NCBI RefSeq assembly: GCF_009914755.1
Contig: NC_060927.1
Length of the DNA: 64,000 bases
Source of the DNA: the human T2T-CHM13v2.0 reference genome, Homo sapiens
Direction: 5' to 3' (one strand)
Shown: in pieces, positions 58,266 through 64,000 of the stretch
Position numbering within the stretch: position 1 is the first letter of the stretch
Layout of the letters: every line of letters begins with the position of its first letter
The notes under the pieces: generated by a model
Told to the model about the DNA's origin: nothing
Databases searched by the model: none
What the model saw: the letters and a program-made list of their open reading frames with translations, nothing else
Program-made: the position numbers and the translations under genes

Positions 58266-59938
58266 TTTATTCCATGATTTCTCTCTCATTTTGTTCCAAA
58301 AAACATATTTGCATCCAAATAAAAAGTAAGTTATTAAGGAAATACAGCCAGATGGTTGGTAGACAAATACAAGAAAGTATCTTGCTAAGGACTCAAGGAG
58401 AAGGCCACGAGTTTGGGAGAATGGAGAAAGATAAATGGAGCCAAAAGTAACCAACAGGTTTGAAAACCAGAGTTTTTCTTTGGTAAGAAACAGAGAATAG
58501 AGAAAACGTATTGAGCAGAGCAGAGGTAGATGAAGAGAGTGGTGCAGGATTAAACGCTGTGTGTGAAAGCTATTGGTATGTTTTTTTACCTAAAGCCCCA
58601 GATATCATCAGTCATTAGGGCTTTCAGACTTTAAAGGAAATGACAAAGACCTACATTATTTTCCATCTTGAGCATACTTGCATAAGTTATCTAATATAAA
58701 GAACATAATTTAAACATTAATGCAGCAAAACTCCTCTTTCAAAAATGTGTCATGTCATAGAAGAAAATAAAACAAATAATCGTATACTTGAAATTTTGTA
58801 GTATCTTTTAGTCCTAGTAATTGCTAAAAGTGTTGGAAAGTTAGTTAATATACTAAATATTTATTTAGTATTTATGATATTTAATGCATTGAGGTTAATG
58901 CTGTAAATATAAGAAGATTAGTATCTATTGCAGTCCTATAAGGAGCAAGCAGTCAAATCAGGGAGATGGTTCATAAGTCATTCACTTTAAGTCTCCATCA
59001 GAATGGGAAAAAAAAAATCTGAAAAAAAGAGTTCTTAAAATGTGCTTAAGGACCCCTTTGAAGTTATCATTTCGTTCCAACCAGGTAAATGAAGACATAC
59101 TTGAAAGAGAAAGGAATACACCTAGGTCGAGTCTTGCATAATTGGTAGGCTTTCAAAAAATAGAAAAATATTGACTAGTTAGACCATGCATAGAAAAAGG
59201 AAATTTCTAGGAAAACAAGAGATCTGGTTAGGCTGAATAGTGTTATATATGAGGGGGTGCACTGGCACCTGACAGCACCTGAACATCATGCAAGGAACAC
59301 AGCCCTACCCCACAGGCTTTCCCAGAAAACCCTTTTCAATCACAAGAATAAATAAGATCTGTGAAAGGTAAGTTGGGAGCAGCATAGAGGATATATCCAC
59401 AGGTGTGGGAAGAAAGAAGACATTAGGCAAGAATACCTCTGCAGGAACTACTTTGGTGGTACAGATATAATATTAAAAATATCTGAAAAAGAACAATATC
59501 AATGGGGGTGGAAAAGAGAAAAAAAATTTAGTTGCCATTGAGATAGAATTAACAGGTTTGGGGTTTCTGATGACTCAGTTCTGGCCAATGTAATGTGGAT
59601 AGAAATGAGATAAACCATGGATGGTCTTGGTCTTTTAAACATGATTGGTAACCTCCAAGTCCTCTTTTCCCTTCTGAAATGACCTTGGAAATCTTACCAG
59701 ATGGGGTAGCCACACAATGGAAGCAGCCCAGATAATCCATTGGACTGTGACATGAGGTTTTGGTCTTATTTGTTACTAAAGCATAGCCTAGCTCATACAC
59801 TTGTTTTGGGAGAAGTCTATGAATTTGGTTTCCAGTGTGATGAGTTGATGAAACCACAGTCTGAGGCATTAGCAGTACCTATCAGGCAGTTGGAAAGGCA
59901 TGTTGAAGCTCAGGAATATGTTAAGACTAGAGTTGTCA

Positions 59939-60232
59939 GGCCAGGCACGGTGGCTCACAATGGTAATCCCAGCTCTTTGGGAGGTCAAGGTGGGCAGATC
60001 GCTTGAGTCCAGGAGTTCAAGACCAACCTGGGCAACATGGTAAAACCCCGTCTCTACAAAAAGTACAAAAATTAGCCGGGCATGGGGGTGCATGACTGTA
60101 GTCCAAGCAACTCGAGAGGCTAAGTTGGGTTGACCCTTGATTGGGAGGTCGAGGTTGCAGTGAGCCGAGATCACGCCAGTGTGTTCCAGCCTGGGCAAAA
60201 GAGAAACCTCCTGCCTCAAAAAAAAAAAAAAA
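59939..60232 (+). mobile_element. AluJ (Jb/Jo-like), full length
   Basis: gatcgcttgagtccaggagttcaagaccaacctgggcaac; TSD aagactagagttgtca / aagactagagctgtca. Confidence 0.93.
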
Positions 60233-60404
60233 AAAGACTAGAGCTGTCACCAAATTTATCCACATAAGAATTCCATACATAAATAATTAGTATACACAAT
60301 TCAAAGGGACCAACAACTTTTTTTTTTACTTTGAATAAAAACTGCATCTGAAATTAGCTCCAAAACTAGAATTCTTTTAAAAAATATTCTAAAAAACCTT
60401 TACT

Positions 60405-60560
60405 ATTTTACTTTTATTTTTTTTTACCCCCAGCTTTATTGAGGTATACTTGATAAATAAAAATAATGTATATATTTAAGGTATACAATGTGAAGGTTTG
60501 ATGTAAGAATATATTCTGAAATGATTACCACAATCAAGTTAATTAACATATCCATTATTT
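60405..60560 (-). mobile_element. L1MA-type 3' terminal fragment
   Basis: cagctttattgaggtatacttga...tttaaggtatacaatgtg...aaatgattaccacaatcaagttaattaacatatcc. Confidence 0.75.
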
Positions 60561-61044
60561 CATCATTTATTTAAATAAACTGCCCCACCACTGCACTCCA
60601 GACCAAAACTTTAGAAGGAAAATCTACTCCATCCTTACAACTCTGGGATGGTAGGACGTAAGATCAGGATAAATCTATTTGTGTGATGTGGAGGTCACCA
60701 AGGAGGGCTAAAAGCTTCTAAAACCTCTCCATCAGAAAAGATTAAATTGGCATCTGAACAGAGCTTTATATCATCAGGCAAACCTCCTCCTCTAGTGATA
60801 AAAGCCCGTTCAATCAGATATGTGTTCACCCTTCTGACTAAGAGAAAAGAGCTTCTGAAAAGGAGATTAAAAGGAGAGGCATAGATTCCTGGCGGCATTT
60901 ATTTGGGTATCACACAAGTCTGATCACTCCGCCCCTGCCCCTAATGGGAAAAACGTTATACAGTCAGGTCATAGGATTAAGGGATTTCTTAGTCTATAAC
61001 AGTCTTCATACAGTCAAGTCACAGGATCAAGGAATTTCTTGGCT

Positions 61045-61375
61045 TATGACAAAATTCCATAAACGGGGTGCCTTATAAACAACATAAATTTATTTCTCAC
61101 AGTTCTGGAGGCTGGGATTCCAAGATCAAGGCACAAGCAGATTGAGTATCTGGTGAGGACTTACTTTCTGGATCATAGATGACACCTCCTCACCATGTCC
61201 TCACAGGCTGGAAGAGGCAAGGCTGGGGCCTGTTTTATAAGGGCATTAATCCCATATATGAGAGCTCCATCTTCATGACCAATCACCTCCCAAAGACTCC
61301 CTCTCCAAGTATTATCACGTTGGGGATTATTAGGTTTCAGCATATAAATCTTGGCAGGAACACAAAACCCAACAG
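61045..61375 (-). mobile_element. MaLR LTR (MLT1A/MSTD-like)
   Basis: cttataaacaacataaatttatttctcacagttctggaggctggg...ttttataagggcattaatccc...atgaccaatcacctcccaaag. Confidence 0.8.
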
Positions 61376-61621
61376 CAAGGGCTTTCTTAAGGTTCATAAT
61401 AATGAAAATAGCAAATATTTATGAAGAACCTACTATACCCCAAACCTCTGACCTTACACTTACTTTTTTATTTAATTCTCACAATAGCTCTCTAAGTTAG
61501 ATTGTAATAATATTCCTATTTTGCAGCTGAAGGTACTTAATGGTTTTCCAAAGGTCACAGAATATAAGATGCCCTGGAATTCAAATTTAGGTAATCTGAG
61601 CTCAAAGTTCAAGCTCTTAAT

Positions 61622-61780
61622 TACTGTATTCTATTTATTCAAGAACTTATTTTTTAAAAATTTAATATCTCTGAATTGATGGGATACCATATTTTTATTG
61701 GGAGTGTTTTTCTCTCTTTTTGGTACATAAAATAATAGTGCATCTTACAATTCATTGCGTCTTAGACTCCATAAATATAA
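61622..61780. mobile_element. MER104-like TcMar-Tc2 MITE
   Basis: tactgtatt...tttaatatctctgaa...tgcatcttacaattcattgcgtcttagactccataaata. Confidence 0.55.
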
Positions 61781-62074
61781 TACAATGCTAATCAGCCTCT
61801 ACTGACTGCTCAAGCATGTGTAATTAGGTGGGAGAGTGAGGACTGACTTAGTAAGAAGCTATATTTAGGGAAGAGGCTTTCCAACTTTTTTACAGAGCAG
61901 AATGCATTATGCAAACAAAATCTGACATAGAACTCCAATATGCAAAGCAGAGAAAAGTGGTATTTTATTAGTATAAATGCACTTCATGTTGAAATATATA
62001 TGTATTTATTAAATGGTTAGTGATACTACTAGTTAGCACACTGGAGATTGCTAATGGGTTGAATTGCCACTTGA

Positions 62075-62387
<313 letters not shown>

Positions 62388-62739
62388 TTTTTTTTAAATT
62401 AATGTTTTAGAAATATTTGAATGCATATGAAAGCCATTATATTCAAATCAAATATGAAGGGAATCAGGACACATCTTTGTGAATCCATGGCTCCAAAGTA
62501 CTTTTCCAAGGTTTATAAATCACCACATGACAAATATCATCATAAAATCAAAAGATTACCCCAGTTTCTTTTTTTGTATGGGACATTATGCATTGAAAGT
62601 TATTTGAAATGACTTACATTCAAGGAATAGCCTTGAGGAATCATAGAGCTTGAGTAAGCCAGAAGAAATACCTGCTTCAAATTCTCTGACATCATCAACA
62701 TCACTTCTACCATCATCTGGCATTTTTAGCAGTAAAATA

Positions 62740-62965
62740 GTACCTCCTGGGGCCAGCCTGCCATGTTTGAGTCCCAGCTCCATAACTTCCTAACTACATA
62801 AGCCTGGACACTTTGTTTAATCTTTCCAATCTTTGAATTCTTCATCTGTAAGTAAGAATCAAAATATCAGTAGCTATTTTATAATATTGTTTTAGGAAAC
62901 AAATGAGATAATATGAATTGTTTACCTGTAGTAAACAATTAATAAATTTTAGTTTTTATAATTAT
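62740..62965 (+). mobile_element. MIR
   Basis: gtttgagtcccagctccataacttcctaact...ttcttcatctgtaag...aaatgagataat. Confidence 0.65.
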
Positions 62966-63659
62966 TACAGCGCCTAAACAAAGGAAAAATAACCATGTTA
63001 TGGGCTGGGGAAAGAAAGATGCTGAAGTGATGATTTATGATATTCGGGAGGTCTCATCTCTTTGAAAAGATTAAAAATAAACATGAAAAATAAATAGCAA
63101 TGAAAGTCAACACAAAGTCAGAGCTCAATGAATGATAAAGATGAGGGTGTCAAAAGTCACAGAAACAAAAGCACCTTGTTTTCAAATTATATTTATTAAG
63201 CAAGTTTCTAGACTTCATGGTCACATAAAAATGTATTACGCAAGTTGTAATTTGTAGGGTATGTGGGATATATCTGGGCCACTGATATGCTGATATTGGT
63301 CTGTAATATTCAGAAAAGTTTTCAACCAATTTTTAGGTATAAGGATATTTCATATAAAAATTTGGAGTTTGATTTTTTCCCCCTTTTTAATCAAGACATC
63401 TTACACTCTGTTTCTCTAACTCTGCATGTCAACAATTACTTGGGACAAGTAGCGACTACCTTTCTTACAAAAGTGAATGATCTCTCTGATTGACTACAGA
63501 TCTCATCACTCCCTATTGCTTCATGAATACTGTGGTTAATTACACATCTCTATTAGCACTGCCCTTGTGCTGTTGCTTTTCTTATGTTACATAAATGTGT
63601 GTGTTTTTTTCAACCTCTTTTTTTGTGGAAGTAAAGAGCATTACTACATGTTTCCCATG

Positions 63660-64000
63660 TGTCTTAATCCATTTTCTGTTGCCATGACAAATTACCTGGG
63701 ACTGGGTAATTTTTAAAGAAAAATGTATTTAGGTCATAGTACTAGATGCTGGGAAGTCCAAGATCAGGTGGCTACATTAGGTGAGGGCTTTGTGCTGCTT
63801 CACAGCATGAGAGAAAAGCAGAAGTACAAGTGAGCACAAGCAAAAGGAAAAGAAACAAAGTGGGGTTATCTGCTCTGTAACACTGCTCTTGTGAGAACTA
63901 TCCCTATCCTGAGGGAAGTGCACTAATCCCTTCCTGAGGCCTAGGCCCCCATAACTCAAAAACCTCCCACCTCCCACCAGGTCCCACCTCCCAACATTGC
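63660..64000 (-). mobile_element. MST-type MaLR LTR (runs off the window end)
   Basis: tgtcttaatccattttctgttgcc...gactgggtaattt...aggtcccacctcccaacattgc. Confidence 0.8.

Noticed and set aside
58850-58871. 10-bp AT-rich inverted repeat
   Set aside because: Low complexity and compatible with chance.
56870-59580. Isolated TGACTCA AP-1 motifs (~56871, ~57256, ~59571)
   Set aside because: A 7-mer is expected several times by chance in 64 kb, and these lie mostly in or beside old repeats.

Overview
AT-rich, CpG-depleted human genomic DNA: an AluYa5 with all five subfamily diagnostics points to human. I find no recognisable cellular protein-coding exon, so the window reads as intergenic or intronic and is dominated by transposable elements. 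It contains a 5'-truncated L1PA7-like element, an L1PA2/3-like element with both ends and a TSD but a ~1.5 kb internal deletion, an old L1MA-type element with its 5' region intact, seven Alus, MaLR/ERVL LTRs, Tigger/MER DNA transposons, and many L2/MIR/L1M relics. The long ORFs in the track are L1-derived. The most notable structures are (i) a 231-bp copy of sequence from 1.1 kb downstream pasted into the linker of an AluJ, (ii) a templated micro-insertion at the L1PA2/3 deletion junction, (iii) an NF-kB + ISRE composite motif in unique sequence, and (iv) a possible L1 antisense-promoter chimeric transcript. I see no evidence for a new multi-gene system. All subfamily names come from remembered consensus sequences and need RepeatMasker/Dfam confirmation.
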